Below, in pieces: positions 1-7,794 of a stretch of 22,004 nt of DNA. This stretch comes from Candidatus Latescibacterota bacterium (GTDB taxonomy: Bacteria > Latescibacterota > UBA2968 > UBA8231): NCBI GenBank assembly GCA_965242865.1, contig CBDETK010000009.1:1-22004 (forward strand), read 5' to 3'. The translations under genes were made by a program, and so were the position numbers. How positions within the stretch are numbered: position 1 is the first letter of the stretch; the number at the start of each line of letters is the position of its first letter. The notes under the pieces were generated by a model. The model did no database searches, was not told the origin of the DNA, and saw only the letters and a program-made list of their open reading frames with translations.

Positions 1-200
1 CCGAAGCCGACGCGGATGGCTTTCCTTCCGGCCCAGCGGACGCGATACGCCCGGCGCATGCGCCCGGTGCGGACCGGGATGGCGGCGCGAAACTGGCGGC
101 CGGTGCGGCCCTTGCGCAGCTCGTTGGCTACGATGTTGCGGATGCGCCAGTTGGCTTGCCGGAAGCGGATGCCCTGCTGCCGGCGGGGGGTCTGGGTCAT
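1..200 (-). CDS. HK97 gp10-like basic virion protein, 5' part (runs off window edge)
   Basis: Same sequence as the 5' end of 20464-20913. ATG at 200, PVRTGRMRR motif. Confidence 0.6.
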   Translation of the reverse strand, partial: MTQTPRRQQGIRFRQANWRIRNIVANELRKGRTGRQFRAAIPVRTGRMRRAYRVRWAGRKAIRVGF

Positions 201-202
201 GC

Positions 203-2725
203 TTACAGCCTCCAGATGGTCAAGGGGGTAGGGTCGCGGTTGGTGCGGTCGGAGGCTATAAGCAGCCGGCGGTCTGAGCTGCGGCGAGCGAAGTAGAAGA
301 TGGTGTCCACGCCCGCGGCTGAGCCGGACCGCAGCTTATAGTCGGCAGCCGCGTAGCCGGCCACGCCAGACGATTGGGTTCCGGCCGTGCTGTGGATCTC
401 GCCGCCGTAGAACATGCGCACGGGCGCGATTTGGCCGCCGATGTTCATGATCCATAAGCCCGTAGCGAAGTTGGACGGCAGCGTGTAGCCGGTGTCCGTC
501 CAGCGGTTGGCGACCGTGATGTCCACGTTGCCCGAAAAGGCAGGAGCCAGCCCGGGGGCGCGGTCGGGGATATCGTCCGAGTGTTGAAAATCGGCCACGA
601 CGTTGGCCGAGAAAGAGCCGCTTCCACTGACTGCGCCAGATTGGCCGCGGTACTCCATGTACAGATAGACATTGCCCTGCCGCGGGTTTTCCGCCGAAGG
701 ACCGCTAATAGCGACATGCAAAAAGAGGAGGCCCTGCCGTTGGGCGCCGCTATATATCCCAAACGCCAGAAGCCCCACTCCTGGCCTACGAGCCAGGACC
801 AAACCGGGTGTCTGTCGCCGTAAATCTGTCATGGAAATAAGCGTCGACAGCCGTGCCGTGCGCTCAACGGCCTCGCTGCTAAAGGATAGGTTGGTCGGCA
901 CCGTGGGCTGGTTTAGCTGAACGCTCGCCTCTACTTCAAGGATGCCCTGAGCAAGGGCGGCGTTGCCCCTAAGTACCTGCGTATTGCTGTACCGAGTGCC
1001 CGTCAAATCGACCAGCGTCGGCACCGGCATCACCCCGTTGTGCAACTCTAGCAAGCCCGCCGAGCGTCCGCCCCCTCCGCTCACCGCGGGCGCGGGTATA
1101 TCCTGCCAAGCAGCCCCGGTCCACCGCTCGAGGTTGGACGGCGCGCTCGCGTCGTAGCGGACGTCGCCGGCCTTTGGCGGCGTCTCGGCAGAAAGCTCGA
1201 CCGGCTCGTCGTACTGGGGCGTGACGACCGCGCCGCCGGGCAGGTTGGCAATCTGCACCTCGAAGTAGTACCACATGGCGTTGGCCGAGTTGGCAATCTC
1301 TTGGAGGCCCGCCAGCGACTGATAGAGGTCGTCGTCGATGTTGAGCCGAAATTTCGTTGGGTCGTTGCCCAAGCTGTTGGCCACCCGCACGATGACATAC
1401 CAGTTCTGGCGGCGCGTGCCGTGCGTTACGGTGTCTGTGTAGCTGGCCGCGGTCGCTTGGTTGGCGTTGCGGCGCGTGGACTGCGGCCCCGAGATCTGCA
1501 GGTCGCCCGAGCGGGCTTCCCAGCCGCCGGCGGTCGTAGCGCGGTCGAGCGCATCGAGCTCTTGGCCCAGCTTGTCGGCGGGGATGTCGTCTTGGTTGCC
1601 TTCTTCGGCCCAGTTGGCTACGCCGGCCTGTACCCGGGCGTCGACCTGCGCTTGCGTGAGGCCGCCGCCGCCGCCGGACGGGGCGTTGCCCAGCTTGTTG
1701 AGCGGGATTTGGTCTGTGTTGCCGTCTTCGGCCCACGTCGCCGGGTCCGGTCCCTCGACCGCGGCCACCCGCGCATCGACCTGCGCTTGCGTAAGCCCCC
1801 CGGATTCATTGGCCCACTCCGCATCGCCGTCGGACGCGGCCTTGAGCACTTGGCCCACGTTCGGGTTGTCGGCCAGGTCGCGCGCGGCGGGCGTATCCCC
1901 TGAGCCTTGGGTAGCCCACGCCTCGACGCGGGCGCCAATGCGGGCGTCGACCTGCGCTTGGGTGAGGCCGCCGCCGCTCGCGGCCGCGGACGTCCGCACC
2001 CGATAGAGGGTAAAGCCCAGCGTACCGGTGCCATCTTGGTTGGCGATCAGGATGGTATTGTTCGCAGAGCGGCCAATCCAGAAGTCGGTGACGTTGTTGG
2101 CGTCCGGCAGCGCAATGACCTCACCGCCGGTGAGCTGTCGCCCCGGGTTGCTTGTTCCCAGCGCGCGAAACTGGGCGGCGTTGATCCAGAAGCTGCGTCC
2201 GTTGTCGAAGTCGAGCACAACCCAGCCGGCGGCGGGTACGACCAGACCGCTGTCTACGCTGGTCGTGCCCGAGGCGTTGAAGACGAAGTTGCTGCCTATC
2301 TGTTCAAAGACGGTCGAGGCCGGCGCGCTGGGCGGCTGCTCGGCGAGGATGCGCCGCACAATCGCCTCGACCGCCTGTTCGTCCACCGGCTGGCCGCCGT
2401 CGCCGGTGGCCGCGGCCACGTCGGCAAGGTCGAAATCGACCGGCGCAACGCCGCGCTGTACCCACGGGTCGACCAGCGCCCGCGCGCCGCTTTCGTTCCA
2501 GGCCACCCCAGAGCGCGTCACGTTGGGCGCGTCGTAGAGATAGCCAGCCACCCTAATAACCGCCTCGTCGCGCACGTCTTCGGGGGCCAGCGGCGCGTAG
2601 GTATCCACCAGCGCACGCCCGACCGCCAACAGGCGCGTGCCAATCGCCGTCAGTTGGGCGCTGACGACCTCGCCTTCGGGCGCGGCCCGTATCGCGTTGA
2701 GCAGTTGGGCAACCGTTAGAGCCAT
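203..2725 (-). CDS. Head-tail adaptor (HK97 gp6/SPP1 gp15-like N-terminus) fused to a long repeat-containing fibre/receptor-binding region, ~840 aa
   Basis: Start is more likely ATG 2725 (MALTVAQLL, GGAG upstream) than 2767. The first ~95 aa (APEDVRDEAVIRVAGYLYD...GARALVDPW) resemble gp6-type connectors. They are followed by 3 GGLTQAQVDAR repeats, Gly linkers, a YDAS...LERWTGAAW fibre-like motif and beta-rich domains. Confidence 0.7.
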   Translation of the reverse strand: MALTVAQLLNAIRAAPEGEVVSAQLTAIGTRLLAVGRALVDTYAPLAPEDVRDEAVIRVAGYLYDAPNVTRSGVAWNESGARALVDPWVQRGVAPVDFDLADVAAATGDGGQPVDEQAVEAIVRRILAEQPPSAPASTVFEQIGSNFVFNASGTTSVDSGLVVPAAGWVVLDFDNGRSFWINAAQFRALGTSNPGRQLTGGEVIALPDANNVTDFWIGRSANNTILIANQDGTGTLGFTLYRVRTSAAASGGGLTQAQVDARIGARVEAWATQGSGDTPAARDLADNPNVGQVLKAASDGDAEWANESGGLTQAQVDARVAAVEGPDPATWAEDGNTDQIPLNKLGNAPSGGGGGLTQAQVDARVQAGVANWAEEGNQDDIPADKLGQELDALDRATTAGGWEARSGDLQISGPQSTRRNANQATAASYTDTVTHGTRRQNWYVIVRVANSLGNDPTKFRLNIDDDLYQSLAGLQEIANSANAMWYYFEVQIANLPGGAVVTPQYDEPVELSAETPPKAGDVRYDASAPSNLERWTGAAWQDIPAPAVSGGGGRSAGLLELHNGVMPVPTLVDLTGTRYSNTQVLRGNAALAQGILEVEASVQLNQPTVPTNLSFSSEAVERTARLSTLISMTDLRRQTPGLVLARRPGVGLLAFGIYSGAQRQGLLFLHVAISGPSAENPRQGNVYLYMEYRGQSGAVSGSGSFSANVVADFQHSDDIPDRAPGLAPAFSGNVDITVANRWTDTGYTLPSNFATGLWIMNIGGQIAPVRMFYGGEIHSTAGTQSSGVAGYAAADYKLRSGSAAGVDTIFYFARRSSDRRLLIASDRTNRDPTPLTIWRL
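1566..1975 (-). repeat. Three intragenic GGLTQAQVDAR(x7-12)WA repeats
   Basis: Cores at about 1633-1666, 1769-1801 and 1940-1972. Two continue as WAE(D/E)GNxDxIPxxKLG. Confidence 0.9.
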
Positions 2726-3264
2726 CGTGATCTCCGTGAAGGTTTCGCCGGCGGCGCGTCGAGCCAACGTTGAATAAACTCGATCTCCGATTGGGGATAG
2801 GCCGGCCGATCGACGATGGAAACGCCCGTTATGGTGGCCTGCTCGATGACGATATCGCGGTGGCCGCGGTCACGGATTTTCTCATCGACAAACTCAATCG
2901 ACAAGCCCCGAAGCGCCCCGCGGTCGATGAGCGCGGCCGCATCGCGCCCCACGGTGGTATCGGGTAGGTCGATCTCGACGAAGTAGCCGCGATCGCGGCT
3001 GTCGAGCCGCAGGCCGCCGTTAGGGTATTGCGCCAGCAATTGCGAGCGGTCGTGCTGGACGGACGCTATCACCCCGCGGTTGTAGGGCGTCAACGCCCCG
3101 CGCTTGAACTGCTCGCGCAAGGCAAACGCGCCCCGGCCTAATCGGGCTACGTCCCCCCAGATAATAGCCGCCCCGCGCACAGTGCCTAACCCCCTCGCTA
3201 GGTCCCCGCTCTCGTTGCGGGTAAAGGCCAGTGGCAGGGCGGCGGATTGTTTGGCCGCGGTCAC
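2716..3264 (-). CDS. HK97-family prohead protease
   Basis: 182 aa with motifs F.EQF..GAL, HD, LPDT..GRD, GLSIEF, VSIVDRPAYP. GTGA overlap with the capsid stop. Confidence 0.92.
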   Translation of the reverse strand: MTAAKQSAALPLAFTRNESGDLARGLGTVRGAAIIWGDVARLGRGAFALREQFKRGALTPYNRGVIASVQHDRSQLLAQYPNGGLRLDSRDRGYFVEIDLPDTTVGRDAAALIDRGALRGLSIEFVDEKIRDRGHRDIVIEQATITGVSIVDRPAYPQSEIEFIQRWLDAPPAKPSRRSRWL

Positions 3265-4533
3265 TTCGCGGTCGCGACGAAGCGGCGGAAGTTAGCCGCG
3301 CGAATGAGGGCGAAATCCCACATCTGAATGATGGTGAGGGCGACTTGGCCCTTGGCCGCGGCCGTGTACGGATCGCGGATGAGCTGCAGGGACGGCCACA
3401 CGGCCGCGATCGCGGCGCCGGCCAGCCCGCGCCCCTTCGAGGCATAGGCCCACTTGTCGCCGTCGGCGAGCTGCCCGCCCGCGATGTGGTTGGACGAGTT
3501 CATCGACAGCCCCTGCATCTTGAGGATGTCGTAGAGGAACATTTCCACGTCCGCATTGACCAACTTCTTGAATGCGACCAGCGAGCTGCTATCCATCGCC
3601 AACTGCACGTCCTCGAGCATGGTCGCGTACACCCCATCAATCGCCGAGAGGACGTCCCCATGGAGGTCTTCGGCGGTCGCCGTCGAGAAGGTGGCTACCG
3701 TCTCGGTCTGGCCGGCCGCCAGCGCGTTGGACAGGCCGTTGGACGTCAGTTGGGCGTTGCCGTTGAAAATCTGGCTGTCCATCTCGTTGGCCAACGCCAT
3801 CGACAAGTCCTGACGAAGCCGCGCTTCCAACTGCGGCAGCCGCGCCAAATCTTCGAGCTCGAACAGGTACCGCGCCGTGATGCGATGCGGATCCATGACG
3901 ACCGTGGAGAGCGTGGCCGCGTCCGCGTCGTGGGCGGCAGCGCGGGCTACGGTGTCCGGGTCGACGCCGCCGGTGAGCACCGTGTGGACGCGCTCGCCCA
4001 CGGGCACGCTCTCGAAGGTGACGCCCAGCCAGCGGGCTATCGACGTGGTGAACACCCGCGCCAGGAAGCGGCCCGAGCTAACCGGCGCGTCCGCGGCGTT
4101 GAAGTCGCTGACCGCATCGGCCCGCTCTTCGGGCGCGACTAACATAATCAGCGGGATATGGCCGGCGTCCGCGGGGATTTTGAACGCTTCGGCCAGCTCT
4201 TTTTCCGCGCCTTCGGCGTTGCGCTGGCTGAGGGCGCTGACGGCGAAATTGGACAGCAGGGCGCGGCAGGATAGCTGCTGCAGCTCGCGGACTTCGGCGT
4301 CCGGGTTGTCGTCGCGCTTTTGTTCGGCGTCCGCGGTGTCTTCGTCCGCCGTCGAGTCGTCGTCCTGGGCTACGAGCGCGGCCCGCAGCTTAGGCTCGAT
4401 GTCCTGCAGCTCGCGGGTGGCTTTTTCCAGCTCAGCAGCTTCCGCGTCTTCGAGCGCGTCTTTTCCCAGCAAATCGTTGACGCGCTGACGAAGCTCGGAC
4501 TGCCGAACTTGGAGTTTCTGCAAAGGGGGTCAA
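3261..4533 (-). CDS. HK97-fold major capsid protein with N-terminal coiled-coil (delta/scaffold) domain
   Basis: ~420 aa: heptad-rich N-terminus, LRQDLSMALANEMDSQIFNGN, C-terminal LIRDPYT.A.KGQV.L.....WDF...R...F. Open from 4523. AGGAGG RBS and copy B (TTG ACC CCT TTG) point to a TTG start near 4533, with one extra G in copy A. Confidence 0.88.
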
Positions 4534-4556
4534 AGGGAAGTCCTCCTGTGAAAGGG

Positions 4557-5528
4557 TTACACAACAACAAATTCAGAACACCGGAGCCGCGCAAACCGCG
4601 CGCGATCTAAGTGCTCTACGCTGTCGACGCGCCAGACGGGGCGGCTGCCGTCCCACACGTCGAACTCGGATAAGAGGGCGGTCAAGGGCGGCACGTGGTC
4701 GCGGCGGACGATAAAGTCGGTAACGCGCCGCACCGTCGCTTGCGTGTCGCCTTGCTCATCGACCGTGTAATCGACGGTCTCGACCTCGCTGTCGTCGCGG
4801 CGGCTGAACAGGCGGCGGGCGGTAAACGGGCCTTCCGATTGGGGTTGTTGACCATAAAAGACGGGCACGGTGCGTAGGGTAACGAAGTCGGTAGTATCGG
4901 CGGCATCCCCCAACGCAAACAGCGCGGCTTCTTCGGTGCGCGTCACGTTCGTCTCGAAGTACAAAAGCTGCCTACGACTTGAGCCAAACGAGCCGCTCTT
5001 GGCTTGCGAGGTCAGCCCAAACCGGACGCGGCGGCGGCCCAGCGCTATCTCTATGGTCTGAACCGCAGGATAGTCCGACGGAAAAAGCGCCCCCGTGCTC
5101 AGGTCGTCTTCGGCGGCAATGACATTGGGCGGGATAGGCAAGCCCGGCCCAATCGCCCAGCCCACCGAGGGAATAGCGGCAAACGACACTCCAATCGACC
5201 CGCTACCAGCAACAGCCACCGCATTGGTCGGCTGGATGAGCAGTCGTTCGCCGGCGGTACGGGGACTGACAATATCCTTGACGAACGCAAACGCCCATGG
5301 GTCTGTGTTCTCGTTGGCCCACTGTATCCAATCCAACTGCCCACGTGGGGGCAATTGATCGTTGTAAAAAAGAGTCCTGGTCTCGAAACGCCCTTCCCAT
5401 ACGACGTTGGGCGTAATGCGCGGTAAGCCCTGATCTGCAGGCGGCACCGTAAGCGTCTGCGCGGGCACGCCATCCCCGACGTCTTTCCACGTCAACACCC
5501 CGTCGAGCGGATTTAGAATCTCGGTCAT
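4557..5528 (-). CDS. Virion protein, 323 aa; C-terminal ~100 aa resemble a head-closure (SPP1 gp16/HK97 gp7-like) domain, N-terminal ~220 aa unknown
   Basis: ATGA-coupled to the HNH gene. The C-terminus TDFIVRR...WDG...WRVDSVEHLDRARFARLRCSE follows the head-tail joining protein pattern. Confidence 0.55.
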   Translation of the reverse strand: MTEILNPLDGVLTWKDVGDGVPAQTLTVPPADQGLPRITPNVVWEGRFETRTLFYNDQLPPRGQLDWIQWANENTDPWAFAFVKDIVSPRTAGERLLIQPTNAVAVAGSGSIGVSFAAIPSVGWAIGPGLPIPPNVIAAEDDLSTGALFPSDYPAVQTIEIALGRRRVRFGLTSQAKSGSFGSSRRQLLYFETNVTRTEEAALFALGDAADTTDFVTLRTVPVFYGQQPQSEGPFTARRLFSRRDDSEVETVDYTVDEQGDTQATVRRVTDFIVRRDHVPPLTALLSEFDVWDGSRPVWRVDSVEHLDRARFARLRCSEFVVV

Positions 5529-5806
5529 AGCCCCTGCAACCTATCGTCCCATTCGAGTTTACGCGCTTTCACCTCGCGGCTCGTTTTTGCAATATGGCAC
5601 CCCCGGCACAAGGCCTGCAAATTGTGTAGCGACCAGAAGGGGCCGCCTTCGCGCCAATTCTTGACGTGATCGCACTCCAATCGACCAGCCCGCCCGCACT
5701 GGCGGCAGCGCCAGCCATCGCGCTCAAACACCTGCCGCCGAAGCTGTCGCCAGCGCGGAAGCTGGTAGTTGCGCCGCGCTTGGCGCACGCTGACGGAAGG
5801 CTTCAC
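5525..5806 (-). CDS. HNH endonuclease (terminase-associated, HK97 gp74-like)
   Basis: RWRQLRRQVFERDGWRCRQCG...ECDHV...NLQALCRGCHIAKT. Adjacent to terL. Confidence 0.93.
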   Translation of the reverse strand: MKPSVSVRQARRNYQLPRWRQLRRQVFERDGWRCRQCGRAGRLECDHVKNWREGGPFWSLHNLQALCRGCHIAKTSREVKARKLEWDDRLQGL

Positions 5807-5846
5807 GTTTTTTTTTCCGCTTTTAGGCCTGACAAACGATTAAGCT

Positions 5847-7448
5847 TCACGCCAACACCACCCGCGCCCGCGGCAATCCAATCGTCCCCAGCAATAGCTC
5901 GCCCAGCCCCGCGGCAATCACCCCAGCCTGCAGTACGTCGATGCGCCCCCGCGAGCGGGAGCGTTCCAGCGCGGGGTTGCCCGCCGGATCCCGGCGAATC
6001 GAGGATTCGCGTACCGCACTTTCGAATAGCAGGCTTTCTGCCATCGACCAGTCGGCGCGCAACACGTAGCGCTGGAACGCTCGGACATCGTGGCTGCCGT
6101 CGGCCCCGGCGGACGCGCCCTGCCCGCGGTAGACCATCGGCCAACTGATGGCCGCCTGCTGCAGGGCTTGGGCGGCTTCGGCCGCCCGATAGCGGTCGCA
6201 TCCGGCAGCCGACACTTCCTGATTTTTTAGCTGGTCCGCGCAGTCAAGCAGAAATTCTCCGACCGGCGTCACTCGACCCGGGTACACCTTCAGCTCGCCG
6301 CGATCGGCCATGCGCTGGTACAGGCCGCCCACCCCATCGCGGGCACCGCGGTCGATTAAATTCGGCGTCGAGGGGAACGCGCCCCATGCTTCGGCCCGTC
6401 CCGTAGCTGGCCAAAAAGCGACCAGCGCGGTCATACTCGATGCGCCCCCCAGGTCGAAGCCAATCACGCACGGCCCCCTTCGCGGCGCAGGCTCTTTGTG
6501 CACGCACGCCATCCAATCGGTTAAGCTGCACAAACTTTCACGCGATGGATCCTGGGGCTGGTTGAGGTCGTAGGCGCGGAACGAGGGCTGATCGGCGGGG
6601 CTGTCGAGCGCCCGTTGCGCCATGTCGCGCATATACTCCATGGACTTAATGCCGCGGCGTAAACCCGGATTAGCCGCATGCCAGGTCTGGGGCTGGTCGA
6701 TGGCCGCGGTCAACGGCGCGGCATATTCATGCCAGCAGACTCCGCGCTGAGCGCGGTCGCGCATCTCCTTGAACATCGGCCCCATCCCCTGAATGCTGAT
6801 GCAGAGCAAGCGCCCGTTGCGACCGCTGGTCGAGGACAGCACCGCGTTCCATAGCTCGCGGTGTGTCTCTTCGAGCAAGCCGGCCTCATCGATAATCGCT
6901 AAGTCGCTGCCGATGGCGTGCCCGGTCGCGCGGTCGCTGGCGAGGAATTTGACCGCGGCCCCGCGGTCGCCTTCGACGCGACCCGGTTGGGGCGTTTGCC
7001 GGTCGATTATTTCGAAGCCGCTCGCTTCGGCCGTTAATGAGATGGCCAGCCGCAGCTCTTTGGCCAGCTCGCCAGTCAGGCTGATGACGACCCCGCGCCA
7101 ATCGGGCCGATTGAGCGGCCCCACCAAGTGGCCCAGCACGTAGGCGGCTATTAGGCCAGACTTCCCATTCTTCCGCGCCACCGACAGCCCGCTTTCGCGC
7201 GCAGTGTGCGCTTCGCGGAGGAAGTGCTGCTGCCAATCGTCAATCAGGAAGGGTTCGCCCTGCAACGGCCCCGAGGGCACTTTCAGCTTGGCTTCGGCCC
7301 ACGCAAAAAAGCCGTCGAGGTCCGGTTCATACTCGGCTGCCGAACGCAGACATACGGACGCAGCGGCCTTTTTCTCCTTCTGCTTGCGCCGCCACTCACG
7401 CATATACGCCGCGTGATTGGCCCTTCTTTTTTTGGTCTCGTCCTTCAC
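5847..7448 (-). CDS. terL: Terminase large subunit (HK97/cos-type family)
   Basis: 533 aa with adenine-binding motif (PFLIDDWQ), Walker A VARKNGKS, Walker B LAIIDEAG, motif III ISIQG, W.AANP.L, nuclease GFDLG and C-terminal RID. Confidence 0.95.
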   Translation of the reverse strand: MKDETKKRRANHAAYMREWRRKQKEKKAAASVCLRSAAEYEPDLDGFFAWAEAKLKVPSGPLQGEPFLIDDWQQHFLREAHTARESGLSVARKNGKSGLIAAYVLGHLVGPLNRPDWRGVVISLTGELAKELRLAISLTAEASGFEIIDRQTPQPGRVEGDRGAAVKFLASDRATGHAIGSDLAIIDEAGLLEETHRELWNAVLSSTSGRNGRLLCISIQGMGPMFKEMRDRAQRGVCWHEYAAPLTAAIDQPQTWHAANPGLRRGIKSMEYMRDMAQRALDSPADQPSFRAYDLNQPQDPSRESLCSLTDWMACVHKEPAPRRGPCVIGFDLGGASSMTALVAFWPATGRAEAWGAFPSTPNLIDRGARDGVGGLYQRMADRGELKVYPGRVTPVGEFLLDCADQLKNQEVSAAGCDRYRAAEAAQALQQAAISWPMVYRGQGASAGADGSHDVRAFQRYVLRADWSMAESLLFESAVRESSIRRDPAGNPALERSRSRGRIDVLQAGVIAAGLGELLLGTIGLPRARVVLA

Positions 7449-7546
7449 TTTTTCATGCCCACGTGAAAGCGCGTGTTCCCCCTTGTGCGGTTTGTCCCCC
7501 TAGGCGCGACCGCCACAGGGGTCCCCGCCGCCGCCCCCGCCGTCCC

Positions 7547-7732
7547 CTTTCCACACCATCTTGTGGAAAAGATAGCAAGATGTATGGGCATCGCTAGTTT
7601 TCCACATTCTTTCCACATCCTTTCCACATCCTTCCTTCATAGGCGGGTCCACAAATCCACAGCCCCTAGTAGTGGTAAGGACAAATCCACAGCCTTGGAT
7701 CGTAGTACTAGGGGCTGTGGATTTGTGGATAA
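7547..7732. promoter_or_regulatory. DnaA-box-like array, candidate replication origin
   Basis: Perfect TTATCCACA on the minus strand (7724-7732), TTTTCCACA at 7598-7606 and 7562-7570 (minus), CTTTCCACA at 7547, 7609 and 7620, plus several AAATCCACA/TCCACA. About 10 TCCACA cores in 186 bp. Confidence 0.75.
7648..7729. repeat. Perfect 24-bp inverted repeat with an internal 14-bp direct copy
   Basis: tccacaaatccacagcccctagta (7648-7671) is the reverse complement of tactaggggctgtggatttgtgga (7706-7729). acaaatccacagcc is repeated at 7681-7694. Confidence 0.93.
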
Positions 7733-7794
7733 AAAAAAGTGCTGGACATCCGCAGACACATCATATTTATTTGTCTGTGCAATCAGGAGGCTCT

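Noticed and set aside
969-4488. Long antisense or alternate-frame ORFs (969-1736, 1907-2719, 3231-4142, 3877-4488) and their copies
   Set aside because: Shadow ORFs expected in high-GC coding DNA. They overlap well-supported genes and have low-complexity Arg/Ala/Ser composition.
5803-6201. 132-aa ORF overlapping the terL 3' end as a small terminase or frameshift product at the A9 run
   Set aside because: Arg/Gly-rich alternate-frame sequence with no TerS features. The A-run lies after the terL stop codon.
7598-7730. CRISPR array or plasmid iterons
   Set aside because: Repeats are 6-14 bp with no unique 30-40 bp spacers and no cas or rep gene. They match the DnaA-box consensus better.
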